Assembly (NCBI GenBank): GCA_043228905.1
Contig: JBHGNT010000004.1
Coordinates: 25,234,001-25,298,000, forward strand
DNA length: 64,000 bases
Source of the DNA: Azolla caroliniana
Lineage: Eukaryota > Plantae > Polypodiophyta
Reading direction: 5' to 3'
Below the pieces are notes generated by a model that was not told the origin of the DNA, did no database searches, and was given only the letters and a program-made list of their open reading frames with translations. The translations under genes were made by a program, and so were the position numbers. Positions 25,546-37,799 of the stretch are shown here, in pieces; the first letter of the stretch is position 1, and each line of letters begins with the position of its first letter.

Positions 25546-27817
25546 TTTCTCGTAAATAGTTTAAGTAATGTTTAAATAGTAACTTAATGATTACTTCTTT
25601 TCATATATATTGCTAAGCAAGTTAAGACTCCTCATTAAACCATCACAAACTTCTAATTTTATCGACAACTATAAACTAAATGAACTTGTTGAGATATAGG
25701 TGCTAACAAATGAGCATGGATCTTAATATTTGAACATAAATTTATCAAGAAAGTTTACGATTTGGGCGCCCTCTTGTAATAGAACACATAACTCACTTGT
25801 TCAATTTCGCCAAAAATATGAGTAGCAATGTTTTGGATATTGGATCATTGTGGTGTCCATAATTAGTCAATATGACTTGCATCAATCCAAACATGCACAC
25901 TTAGCAAAATTTATGGAGTAATTGTCAATGTAGTTGACCACGAATAGGATGTATGTCTACCATTGTTTCATGAAGCATGGTTCATATCAATGCACACACA
26001 TAAATCTTTATGATGTTTGCTATATATAGATAGAAAGATAAACTATATATTGCATGTGCCCCCTATCTTAGAACTTCGAAGGTGTAAAGGCCGTAAACTT
26101 ATCCTTATTGTATTGTTAGCATTCCATATTATCCTAAAAGAAGAGAGAGGGTATCATGGATGAAGTGGAAGACAAGGAAGGATAGTGGGAATATTGATAA
26201 TGGAATGTTGAAGGATGGGAACCCATACTAAAGCTTATCAAAGTTATGGTAAAATAAATATGCCTAAGATACAAGAATAGAATGTGGTAGGAGCCTAATT
26301 TATACGCCAACATTTTTCCATTAAGATATTAATCTTGGGTTGATCTCATTTTGTTAAATCTTCATCACATTCCTTTGATTGATTCTCTAATTGTGCACCC
26401 TTCCTAGTTCCTTTGCTTCTTCGAGAGTAATTGTTAGTTGCTTATGCATCCTTCCTAGTTCTTTTAATTCTTTAAGAGTAATTGTTATCATTATTATTAC
26501 ATGTCTAACCAAGAAGTCACCCAAAACAATGGCATGTATAAATAACCAAAAGTTGAACAAACGATTGCATTCCAATGAGATAATTCCTGTCTGATATTAA
26601 GATTCACATTAGATTTCGGTGTTGAACTACTATTGAAGGAGACCCCTCACAAGCTCACCTACCCAAGCTCACCAAAAACATCCTTGACATAATAGACCTA
26701 ACCAACCTAATACGCGTAACCATCATCATAACATTCATACCCTAGCAACAACGTTTTCTTTTTACCTTTAGCAAGATTTCTAGGATTGTGCTACGAAAAT
26801 TTGAATTCCTCATCACATGACATGCACGTAATAGAACATCCTCATGCTACCATCGAGAAAAGGGTTTCCAACCATTGAATGTCAACTAATCCTCATTCTA
26901 GAAAAACTTTAATATCACTCCCTCGAGCTCCCCAATACTCTTTCTTAGTGACCTCTAGGCACTTAACAAAATCCCTGGTTTTCCCGTGGAAACATATGTG
27001 CAGGTCATGTAACCCATTTTATCTATTAAGACAACAAGTATCACAAAGATAAGAAAATATATTAGTATTGTTTTCCTAATACATGTATCAATGTTAAAAG
27101 GGACACACATGCTCACATTCAACATTTCTTTTGTTAGGTTCACATTATTTGTTCACCATCCCTTTGGGATTGACACAACCACCACGATTTGATGGGACCT
27201 CTTTCACATATTGCAATGGCTGTACCTATTTTTTCCTTTCATTTGTACAACTCACTTAATCCACAATTGTATTCTTACATTTGAACTTTTCTTTTGCATC
27301 TGCATGTTTTTGTTATTATTGGACTAGGATGCATGCAAATAGAAACACCTTCTTCATATGTGAATATGTGGCCCTCTCACATCTCTCACATCTTTGTGAA
27401 ATTTTTCCTTAATAATTGTCTTCTGAACCACCACCATTCACAAAGCGTTTATCACAACTCACATACTAAGTTTGCAAACTTATTATACACTATCAAATAA
27501 TCAAGGTGCCAAAAGCTTTCTTTTGCAAAATGGTTATTAGCTAGAACCATTGAGAAATAAGACAAAAAATGTCCACGAATTGATAATTGGATGCAAATTA
27601 TATCGGTTATATATAATGACACAAGTCTTTAATATAGGTAAAACATCAGGTCGCCGACCTTACTACATGTAAGACATCTCATCTCTTTATTGTCTTTATG
27701 TTTAGTCTTTAATACAGGTAAGACATCTGATGCCTTTATTGTCTACATCTGAGCATTAAGCAGGTATGCACATGAAAAAGAAACACTACTGCCCTTAGCA
27801 TCTTTTCAGAAGAGCCA

Positions 27818-29388
27818 CTATAGTTGGTGCCACTTGATACTACATCCAAGACTGCCATATACAAAAAGAAAATTAACATCATAACTGTTTAGAGATAAAA
27901 ACCTTAGAAAATAATGTGAACTTAATGTCATGAATGTTTAGGTACGAACCTTGGCAAATAGAGTGAAATTAAGGTCATAAATGTTTTAAATAAGCTAACC
28001 TTAGTTAATATTATGAATCAACGCAGTAAATGTTCACATTCACAAAAAATTTACCTTGGTTTTTGGATTGTGTTTACCGGCCTTCCCGAAAGTACACAAT
28101 CTATAGCATCCTTCAAGTCCCTGAACGTTACAAAAGGTTGAATACTTGTACATTCACACATATTTTCTTATTTCTTTATTAATTAATGAGATTCAAGGTT
28201 TACATATATCAAACCTTCCAGTAATAGGGCGGTTGTTTCCAGGCCTCGAGTCATCAAATTGGCCATGATAAGCAAGTTCAAACGGACGCCGTCCATCCTT
28301 TTGAGTAAGGCAAGTAAGTGACAATAAGACGTAATAATAAATGCTCATTTAAGATCTTTTTTATGGCCCAGGCGAGATCTTCAGGTACCTTCTTGAAGAG
28401 GAAAAAATCCGGAGTACAAACAGCATCAAATGCTCTGGCAGTCTCCTGTGTCTGGACAGTTTTCCAAGAAACAATAACATAAAATATTGGCTTCTTAATA
28501 TCAAATCACACTTCTTTCTTCAAAAGGCTTCAACAATAAACTTGTAAAAAATACATAAAATAAGAGAAGAATTAAAGAAGCTTTTTGTTTGTGCCTGATT
28601 ATAGAATGGCAATCTTTAACAACCTTGTAGGATCACAACAAGAACATTATGTATGAAGCATGATGTGATACACTTGCATCTTTGTTTGCAAATGTAGTGA
28701 TCAATTAACCTTCTCATAGACCCAATAAGAGAGATAGATGGGACGAATAAGCAAAGATCTTTAAATATTGCAAGAAGACACAAGTACACTAAATGACATT
28801 CCTACACAAAAAAGATGATCGTGCATCAAAAATGTTTTGTTTCTCTAACAAGACCAAAATTGTATTTTTGATCAAAGAGAAAATAGCTAGCCTTGGCATA
28901 TATGTAAGAAGAATACTTACCTTAATGTTTGAGAGACTATCTCATTGATCCAATACCCAAAGGATCTATCTTATGTTTGCTTTATCACAGAGAGTGAGGT
29001 TTGGTCACCTATAACAATATATTCTCGCATATTGGTGCGTTTTGTTCTCTCTTAATTTGACATTGATTGCCATTTGCAACAAGCAAGGGACAAGAAGAAA
29101 ATTGAATTCTGGACCTAGTAATGTGACCTGGTTAGAGCAAACTAATAATTGTTTGTCACAAATACAATAAACACAATTTCCCAATTTCTGCATTTATGGA
29201 TGAATTCTCAAATCAGTATAGGGAAATGTTTGCCTAACCATTTTCTTACTATATTATAGAGACATTCTAAAGAATGCATCACTTCCACATAAATAGTACT
29301 TGAAAAATGATCTATTATAAGTGTTTCCCAGTGATCACCAACAATTATTCTGAAAAAGCGTTTAAAAAAGAATTTACTAGGTATATCC

Positions 29389-29445
<57 letters not shown>

Positions 29446-32400
29446 AAAAGCCAAAAAGATGATACCTCATCATATAAATAAGGAAATGGATAGCCCAGTG
29501 TCTTTGCTTCTTCAGCCATTAACTCAGGTCCATCCTGCTCATACATTAACTACTGAGCTTCAATTTGTTTTCAGTATTACAGGTCATAAATAGCTTTTCT
29601 GGTAGACACTCGGATACCTGAGGATGTGTTTTAACTGAGTTTGAAGAGATTGCCACAACAGCGAGCCCTTTCTATCACGCATAAAAATAAATACTACAGA
29701 CCACTTATGATCTTTGGATAAAGAAACCAAACGAAACATAAATAGAAACCAATATATTGAGATAAAATCGAGCATACCGGAATATAAGCATTTGCCAATT
29801 TCACCATATCAGCTTTCAAGTGTATAACAAATGGGCAATGATTACAGATAAACATAACCTGCACATCCCCCCAAGGAATCGTTGTGATATAACCTAGCAC
29901 AAGGGTCTATATATACAAAATTCATGTGAAAGGGTGGTGGGTCTATGTACAAGAAAAAGAGACACCTATATTAAAGGTTTAATACACAAATCATGGTAAA
30001 GTGACAGTGCCATTAGCATGCCATCATTATTTCTCTAATTTTCTTGGTGAGAAACAGGAATTTCAATTTTCCATATACTGAGTTAATTATTTTAATGATT
30101 TGTACCTTTTTCTAGACTCCTCTACCATTTAATGAATGGGTTCTATCACTTGCCAATTCATCCCTTCTTTTTCATTCATGCATGTAATGACTTCTATGTA
30201 TATCATTTTATTAATTTCTCACTTTCTCTTTATGCATCATGCAATCCTATTGATATGGTGTTTCAATGTGTATGCATTTTGAAAGAAGGATTAGAATATG
30301 TGATAAGATTACATAAAGATGATACTCATTAACATTAAGGGCATAAGCTGCCTCTATCATGCTCCCTCCAATTCTTTGTATAGCCTCATTACAATGTTAG
30401 GATAAATGGCCTTGGAGATCTATGCATAGATCTTAATGATATACATAGGTCAAACTTAAATGACACTAGCAACCAAATATACGGCTAGGAAGCCCATTTT
30501 CCAACAACAATAGAGATCCCTTTGGAAATTTATTGATGAGTTTCTTATTAGACAGACTGGTAAGGTGGATCTTTTTGAAGTTCTGTGCCTCGTTGTTCAT
30601 CCATTCACATACCAGGAGTAGATGAAAAATCAAGGACACGGATACAGACTCATCAACAATGTGGCAATGCCTGATAGGGTTGACTTGAACAAGGAGATTT
30701 CCATAAATGGAATAGATTACCAATTTCACTTCCTTGCAAATCTAACAATGTTAATTACATAAATAACTATAACCTAATACAATATGAAGCACACTCAGTC
30801 ATTTGGCAGGTATATATAGTGTAATTGAACAAAATACATTATTATGAGCTTATGTAAATCACACGTGTATGTTTTGTTGTGATTCATAATAGAGATTATA
30901 AAAGACTGAAAGAAAGAAACCTTCATTAACTCGGTGAGGATGATTTAAGCACCTAAATTCCCTATAGCTCAAATTTTGAACGAGCAAGTGCAATTGCAAT
31001 TTCTATAAGGCCAACATAGACCAGAATTACTTACAAGCAAGGCAGGGTAACCTTCGAAGTCCTCCAATGTCCAGGTCTTCCCAGATAATGGCTCTGGCAA
31101 CTGCAAGGATGCATGAAATCTCTCTCTCTCTCTCTCTCTCTTAAAAGACGTTAATATATCTTTCTTTCTTTCTTTCTTTCTCTCATTCGCTAACTTTCTC
31201 TCTCCCCTTCTTTTATTTTGGTTGAAAACACAAGATTAATTATTAAATGTGTGAGAAAAACAACTCAATGGTGTCACCACTACATGGGCAGTGGGACATG
31301 TTGAATTGCTAATAGGCAAGACGAACACTACACCAAGGAAAGGATTTTGACTTGCTCCAATAAACAAAACTGCCACATCGATACTCCCTTCAACTTTCAT
31401 AAATATGTTCGTAACTCTAAGTGTACCATCAAATGCAAAAGGGTTGTGCATATCCCAATTATGATGCAATCCCAATATCTCAAAGGAACATGATCTCCCT
31501 CTCAAATCTCGGATTTGAGTTATGTGAATTGTGCAAACATGAACTGTCTTTGCAAGAAATAACGGTGTAACAAAACTTGCCAAATCCGAGAAATGTAACT
31601 TCAAATCTGACAAGGAATTGGACATCGTACGAAACAATGAGTACTATCTTCCACTTGAATAGTGCAAAAGAAGCAATTGCATGTTTCTAGTTCAGTCTCT
31701 TTGGTGCCGATCACATAGGTAAACCCGCAATCAATACTCTCCAAGTGAAGTCCTTTGATACAAGTGGTAGTTTAGAATGGCAATTACTAATCAGATTTAC
31801 ATTTCCTTCCTTTCTTGTTGAGCCTCAAATGATAGTCATTGAAGAGAATCACTAGAGCCATGGTCCAAGACATTAGTAGTCACTTGTAAAAACTAAGTAT
31901 GAACCCATAAAATTCGATCAACCCATGATTGCTCTTTAGTTTGTATAGGTAAAGGACCTTTCAAATATGTAAACCCCTAATTGGGTGAGATGTATAATGA
32001 TTGTCTTGCTTCCAAAAAATTCAAAAATTTCTTGGGTTGAGCATCACACTTCAAAACATGGGTATCAACCCATGTATTAACACAGCCCCTCCATAGATAG
32101 TATGTTGAGATGTTACCATTGAGCAAGGAAAGAACTGCAAAGAAACAACTAAGACCGTGAGTAGCATGATACAAGGCACATGAGCCATAAAAGCACCAGA
32201 TCATGGAGATCATTGTTCACCATGTTTGATCTGCCCCAGGATGCTTAAATGCAATCTTTGAATATCTTCCTAGACCTTGTTACACAATGCCAACCATGTT
32301 CCCTCCACACCACTCATTCCCCAGTAATACGGATGCACTTTATGCTTGTAAAAGCATCTTAAGGATTGTTACAAATCGTAAAGGCACTTCATGCATTAAG

Positions 32401-33732
32401 TTCTTTATCATGAACATTTAGGCGACCTAGAGCATTTAATTTGTTTTAGGTATGGATGACTTGAATTCACACATATTGTATCAGGATTTGTGCCATAGCT
32501 TGAAGTCATCCTCTAGTAGAGTTAGTATATCTTTTTTTCTTTCTTGCTCACAAACACGAATTTATCCTTGGATGGTCTTGCTCAATGCTAAGATAGTTCG
32601 CTGGATTACCAAAGATGTGCAACTTTCTTGCTTTTATTTTTGTATGAATGGGATATCACATGACATTATGATTTTAACATATTTTTGTTTCTTAAAACCC
32701 ACTTTCACTTCTGTGGAGATGTCAATCCAGTCATTCTTTCACATCATGAGAAGATTGGAGTTTATCATGTATCAAATGATGGTTGTAGATTTGGATACCT
32801 CATTTTGACCTTTGGAGATGCTAATGTCACATTTCATAAAAAACTCTTTCTTTAGCCTATAGGAACCATATGCGCAACTTTATTAACTCATAGATGCGGA
32901 TCCAAATCCCACAAGTTAGTATAATCTACTAGGTCACTTTCCAAAATGTAGGCAAACATGGGTTAAAATCCCACAATTTACCACAATCAACTAACGTTCA
33001 CCTTCCATAATGTAGGGACTATTGAACCCATGCTCGACCTTGGTCTTTGCTCATGTACTAGGCCACATAGGCAAAAATTCGTAGAAAACCAAAGTGGAAA
33101 TTTCAGCAACTAGCTTAGTATTTGTTATTTCAGTTTTCACATTTTCTTTTCTGTTCTACCATCTAAAAATCCCTCACTACATGGCTTGGGGATGACAACA
33201 TATCATGATGTTGGGCGACCATGGACCAAGGACATTAATATAAGTCCTCATCAGCATTGCCGTTGTCATCATCTTGGCCTCATTGTTCATAATTGACCTC
33301 CAAGGATGATAATATATATTTGTATCCATCGCTGTTCATGTTTATGGCCATCTCATGTTTGTTTTTGCATGCTTGTTTGGGTCTCATTGGTTATATTTGA
33401 ACTTCTCGGTGGAATTATTCCATCCATCTATTTAACTGTCTGTCTATATCATATCAAAGTGAAACCAAAGTTTTGGATTAAGAATGTTAAAGAAGTCGAA
33501 CCTCAAAATCGGGAGCTCGTGAAGCCAGAGGGATCAATCGAGACTCGGTGCTTGCAGCGCGAATGTTGAGTGATCGTCGTTGAGGTCGTTGCGCCCGGCC
33601 ATCGCGACAAATGGAGTGTATACGGATCTTCATGGGCACACAAAAGAGAGATGATGAGAATAACCTGGTTGAAGGTGAGAAGGGAGAGGAAAAAGAATGG
33701 CTCGTAAGAGCTAGGGCCCTAGAAGCAGCCAT
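27818..33732 (-). CDS. Plastid AhpC/TSA thioredoxin-fold protein (PRX-like1 family, CxxC = CNHC)
   Basis: Exons (minus) 33732-33502, 31100-31035, 29858-29778, 29671-29618, 29534-29466, 28451-28389, 28297-28215, 28120-28055 and 27851-27818, all GT-AG and phase-consistent. Translation: transit peptide, RAPDFELPEPLSGKTWTLEDF, VMFICNHCPFV, VAISSN, YPFPYLYDE, AVCTPDFFLF, YHGQFDDSRP, SLGCSIKWHQL*. Confidence 0.93.
31119..31184 (+). mobile_element. Family A LINE extreme 3' stub (~20 unique bp + TTTC tail) inside (TC)n
   Basis: (TC)11-TTAAAAGACGTTAATATATC-(TTTC)5-TCTC. The unique part is the exact reverse complement of the family A terminus at ~11739-11758 and ~15624-15643. Confidence 0.8.
31221..33060 (-). 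mobile_element. Family B LINE, decayed, 5'-truncated (L1/Tx1-like, zf-RVT) in intron 1 of the AhpC/TSA gene
   Basis: 31221-~31990 is recognisably colinear with 61624-62520. The minus strand encodes NCFFCTIQVEDSTHCFVRCP (CCHC). The right (5') boundary is approximate. Confidence 0.75.
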
Positions 33733-35599
33733 GGCACCTCCTCCTCCTCCTCCTCTTTCTCCTCCTTATGTGGACTCAATGAACTGTCATCCATCCATCC
33801 ATCCACACATATGAGAAAATAGCCTTTGTTTTTTTTATCCCATCATGCCAACTAAAAAGTATGGATGAGAGAATTGAGCCACCCTTTCTCACATCAATTT
33901 CAACTTCTTTCTTTACTTTACGTCTCCGCGAGAGCATATCTACACAAAATATGTCCCTCGTAAACCCATGTATGTCAAAAGGCCATTTGTCGAGCATTTG
34001 TTGATGTGACATTGCTTGTTTCATCGCAAAACAAAGAATGTATACATATTCCTTGTAAGTCCCAATGGAAGTTAGTTTGCATGTCATTAACATGGTGTTA
34101 ACTCATTCATCTCAAAAACATTATTGCATGGTAGCTTAGATTATTGTAAGAATGTACATCATTCGGTCATAAACCAAAGTAGAAAGCCATTTATCACACT
34201 TTGCGGACGTGACATTGGTTGATTCACGACAAAAAAGATGGATGTTCCTTAACAAGTTCAAACGGAACGCAACTTGCATGTTGTTGACTTGCTCATCACC
34301 AAAACATTATCCGTTGGTAGCTCGGGTTACCACGACAATGTTTCTAAATGGACATGCTATGCACACAAAAAATCATATTTCGAAAGCTCGTTGCCTGACA
34401 AAACATCGCACTCACTTAGTGCGATTTATTTGTTCACCTAGAAATATTTTGGTAATCCAACTAGTAAGAAAATCTAACATATTTGACCAATTGCATTGTA
34501 GTCACGAGTAAAGATGGCGGTACATTCATCGAACACTTTAATCGTCAAACAAAAAGGCATCATATTTTCATTCGGAAATAATGACATTGTGCTAATATTA
34601 CAAGTTTCTTTGTCTCCATTTATGGAGTTGTGTGGCTATCTATGTACCACCATGTGGCATGATCCTTCCATGCCTATGTCCATATATTACAGTTAATTTG
34701 CTTCTCCTTGTCAACAAAAAATCCTTATTGCGTGTGTTGTAACTTCCATGGCCTGTGAAGGTTGACTACAAACTATCATGGATCAATCAATGAAAACTTT
34801 GAGGATCACGTATGTAAGCCATAGTTGACAGTGGCAATAAATATTGCAACCATCCCTTACACACAATCTCGACAATAAGTTATTGGATAATGATACACAT
34901 AGAGCCTTGTGAAACATGACCTCTTAACACTTACTGCTAGATCTCTAAGTGAATGAATGTCATACAAACATCTTAAACTTTAGAAACATTTGTCATGAAA
35001 TGCAAAAGACAAATCAATTACATGGTCACAAATGCTCAACATTGTCATGTTAAGGAATGCATTGATGATATGCCATTTGTATCCTAACTCACCACTATTG
35101 TTTTTTTGTATCATGAAGGCATGGTTTTGTATATTAGTTGACTTGCAGTAGTTCTCATTGTAAGAGTATCCATACTTGCTAAATGTACTTGATGCAATCA
35201 CATAGGTTATGTTATTGCATGTTATGACTATACCTTGTGAAATGTCACAACATTGAACCATAATCGCAGTTTGAGAGAGAACAATTCATATTGGTTTTTA
35301 AATTCTCATAGTTCTCGCATGCCTTTCCTTGTTACCGTGTCATGCAATGAAGCCATCTATTATTTACAAGTATTTTATTAGATTTTATCGATGGAAAGGA
35401 TCACGAAGTTGGTTTGATCTATCTGTGAACAATTTGCAACTTTGTAATCCTTTACTTAGAAATTTCAATACCTTTGCCACATATGTATGACCTTTAATCC
35501 ACTCTTATCCCACCATATCCAACAATTACATCAATGTCCATCAAATATGTCCTCAATTTTCACTATTTCACAATTTCTTATGAGCATCTTCTTTACCTC

Positions 35600-36000
35600 G
35601 ACTTCTAGCAAAGTTGTTTGATATCCCTTCCCAAGAAGCAAGAAGTTGATAATGGTCATTGGTCATCATGGAATTTTAAGCAACACATTAAAAAAACATA
35701 CACATTACACTCTTACATTTGGCGTACTATTACATCATTGGCTCTTTGGGTAATATGGAAAGCAAGATGTGATTCTATTTTTAACAATGTCCACATACAA
35801 CTCAACATTGTGCTTATTGAATTTGGGATGTTGTTTGTTCACACGCTACATGGTCAATATGATGATTTGCAAGGTTTGGATGATGTTTTGTGGCAACGGC
35901 AAGTGGCCTTTAAGAACCGATGGTAAGGACTCCAGTTATTTTCAAAGACAACTGTTGGTCCAAAGTGGAACTATGCCATACCTTCTTTTATGTTAGACAG
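35600..36000 (+). mobile_element. Decayed L1-like LINE 3' region
   Basis: ORF WRTITSLALWVIWKARCDSIFN...LHGQYDDLQG, the W.IWK.R motif found downstream of zf-RVT in plant L1 ORF2. Confidence 0.7.
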
Positions 36001-36049
36001 TGGACAATAAGTATTGTTCTACTTGTTCATATATGACATCATCTGTTTG

Positions 36050-36826
36050 ATTAGATGTACTAGCTTTTGTATCTTACAAAAATAAGTGAGATGAAATGTC
36101 TCCTTCTGTTTTTCCCATATAAAACTTTTCAAGTAATATACTAAGGTGCATCTTCCTTTTTTAAAAGAAGAAATTGCAGCACAAGTTCTTTGTGACACCA
36201 TCAATGGGTGCTTTTTGAGATCAGATTTAATGGAATCCATTATCCCGAGAGTTCAGAGATGGGTATGATTCACTATCCCAAGAGTTCCATGTTCTAAACT
36301 TCCTCCTCACATCCCGTCCCAATTCATATAACAAAAACGCAAAACCATTATCCCAAGAGCTTCATATAGCGGAGAACTTCCGTTCCATCACCATAGCACA
36401 TGCTAGATAGATCGGAGTAGGACGAAGGCCGCATCGCAATTAGATGTACTAGCTTTTGTATCTTACAAAAATAAGTGAGATGAAATGTCTCCTTCTGTTT
36501 TTCCCATATAAAACTTTTCAAGTAATATACTAAGGTGCATCTTCCTTTTTTAAAAGAAGAAGTTGCAGCACAAGTTCTTTGTGACACCATCAATGGGTGC
36601 TTTTTGAGATCAGATTTAATGGAATCCATTATCCCGAGAGTTCAGAGATGGGTATGATTCACTATCCCAAGAGTTCCTTGTTCTAAACTTCCTCCTCACA
36701 TCCCGTCCCAATTCATATAACAAAAACGCAAAACCATTATCCCAAGAGCTTCATATAGCGGAGAACTTCCGTTCCATCACCATAGCACATGCTAGATAGA
36801 TCGGAGTAGGACGAAGGCCGCATCGC
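36050..36826. repeat. Near-perfect 389-bp tandem duplication in the divergent AhpC/CDT2 intergenic region
   Basis: ATTAGATGTACTAGC starts at 36050 and 36439. Two substitutions are visible (AAATTGC/AAGTTGC; TTCCATG/TTCCTTG). Confidence 0.95.
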
Positions 36827-37110
36827 TTGTTAAAGGGACAGTTGCTAGTATCAAATGGTACAAATTTTGCTTCGGAACCCCTCGTAAGCTTTCGAAGTCT
36901 AAGCACCCCGGTAGTAAGTTTGTTACAAGGCATTATCAACGGAGTATTGTTGGATAGGGGGAAACATCTCCCGGGCGGCCCGGCCCGTTCACGTGAAGGA
37001 CACAACACCCATGGAATGATCCGATCGGCCATTTTTTTCTTGTCTCTCCACATGACCGACCCACCATCCTCCTTCCTCTTCATGATTCAAGTCACAAAAA
37101 GCTCTCCCTC

Positions 37111-37171
37111 TAACGGGAAAATTTTGAAAGCATCCTTTTCCCTTCCCGCCACCAGCATTTGCGCGGGAAAA
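37111..37171. promoter_or_regulatory. E2F-binding site cluster in the CDT2 promoter
   Basis: TTTGCGCGGGAAA at 37158-37170 (TTTCCCGCGC on the minus strand), CTTCCCGCC at 37142-37150 and ACGGGAAA at ~37113. These match the established TTTSSCGS consensus upstream of an S-phase gene. Confidence 0.75.
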
Positions 37172-37799
37172 CATAGAAAACCAGAAAGGAGGGAAAGGAG
37201 ACGCCATCGCCATCGCCATCGCCGCCTGCGTTTCTACCAGAAGCTCCGTTTCCTTCCTTCTTTCCTTTCTCGCTGTGACAGAACGCTCCCCCGTCGCCAT
37301 AACTTCGCCTGGTCTTCTCCCTCTGGCATTGAGCTCCGCCATCGCCATATCCTCTTTCTTTTTTCCGTCAGATAAGGAAAATCGCTCTCCATAGCTACTG
37401 CTGGCGCAGTTTCTAGTAGCTTCCCTCTTTATCTGACATAGACCTCCAACGTCGCGACATCTTCTTTCTTCTTATTGTTCTTCAAAGTTCCAGGTGAGAA
37501 AAGTGACTCGTCTTTCTTTTGTTGATTAGAAAGATTCAAGCTTCTCTATCTTTGTAGACAATAATTAGTTCAGAATCAGAGAGTCGTTTGTTTCTTACAG
37601 TTTTATTGTTTGCAAAGATATCAAACGCTTCTGCGGATCCATTGCTAACTGCCCGTAAATCGATCAAACCGAAAGAACAAATAGTTCCATAGTCAATCAG
37701 AGTTTTCTTTCGTTCATTTTCTCGTTTTGGAGAAATGGCATGATCGAGAAAATACAGGAAACGACGTAAGAAGATATAATAGCACTGCATTCCTAAACG

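Noticed and set aside
22000-27500. Numerous short ORFs in the AT-rich DnaJ-AhpC spacer (likewise 43.3-61 kb)
   Set aside because: No recognisable domains or consistent exon chains beyond the LINE and LRR fragments listed; likely old decayed repeats that cannot be classified by eye.
34800-34860. GMVAIFIATVNYG resembling a RecQ helicase motif
   Set aside because: A single weak motif flanked by stops, with no other helicase motifs in order.
36019-36629. Duplicated 73/93-aa ORFs (MDSIKSDLKK...)
   Set aside because: They arise from the 389-bp DNA duplication and show no coding signal.
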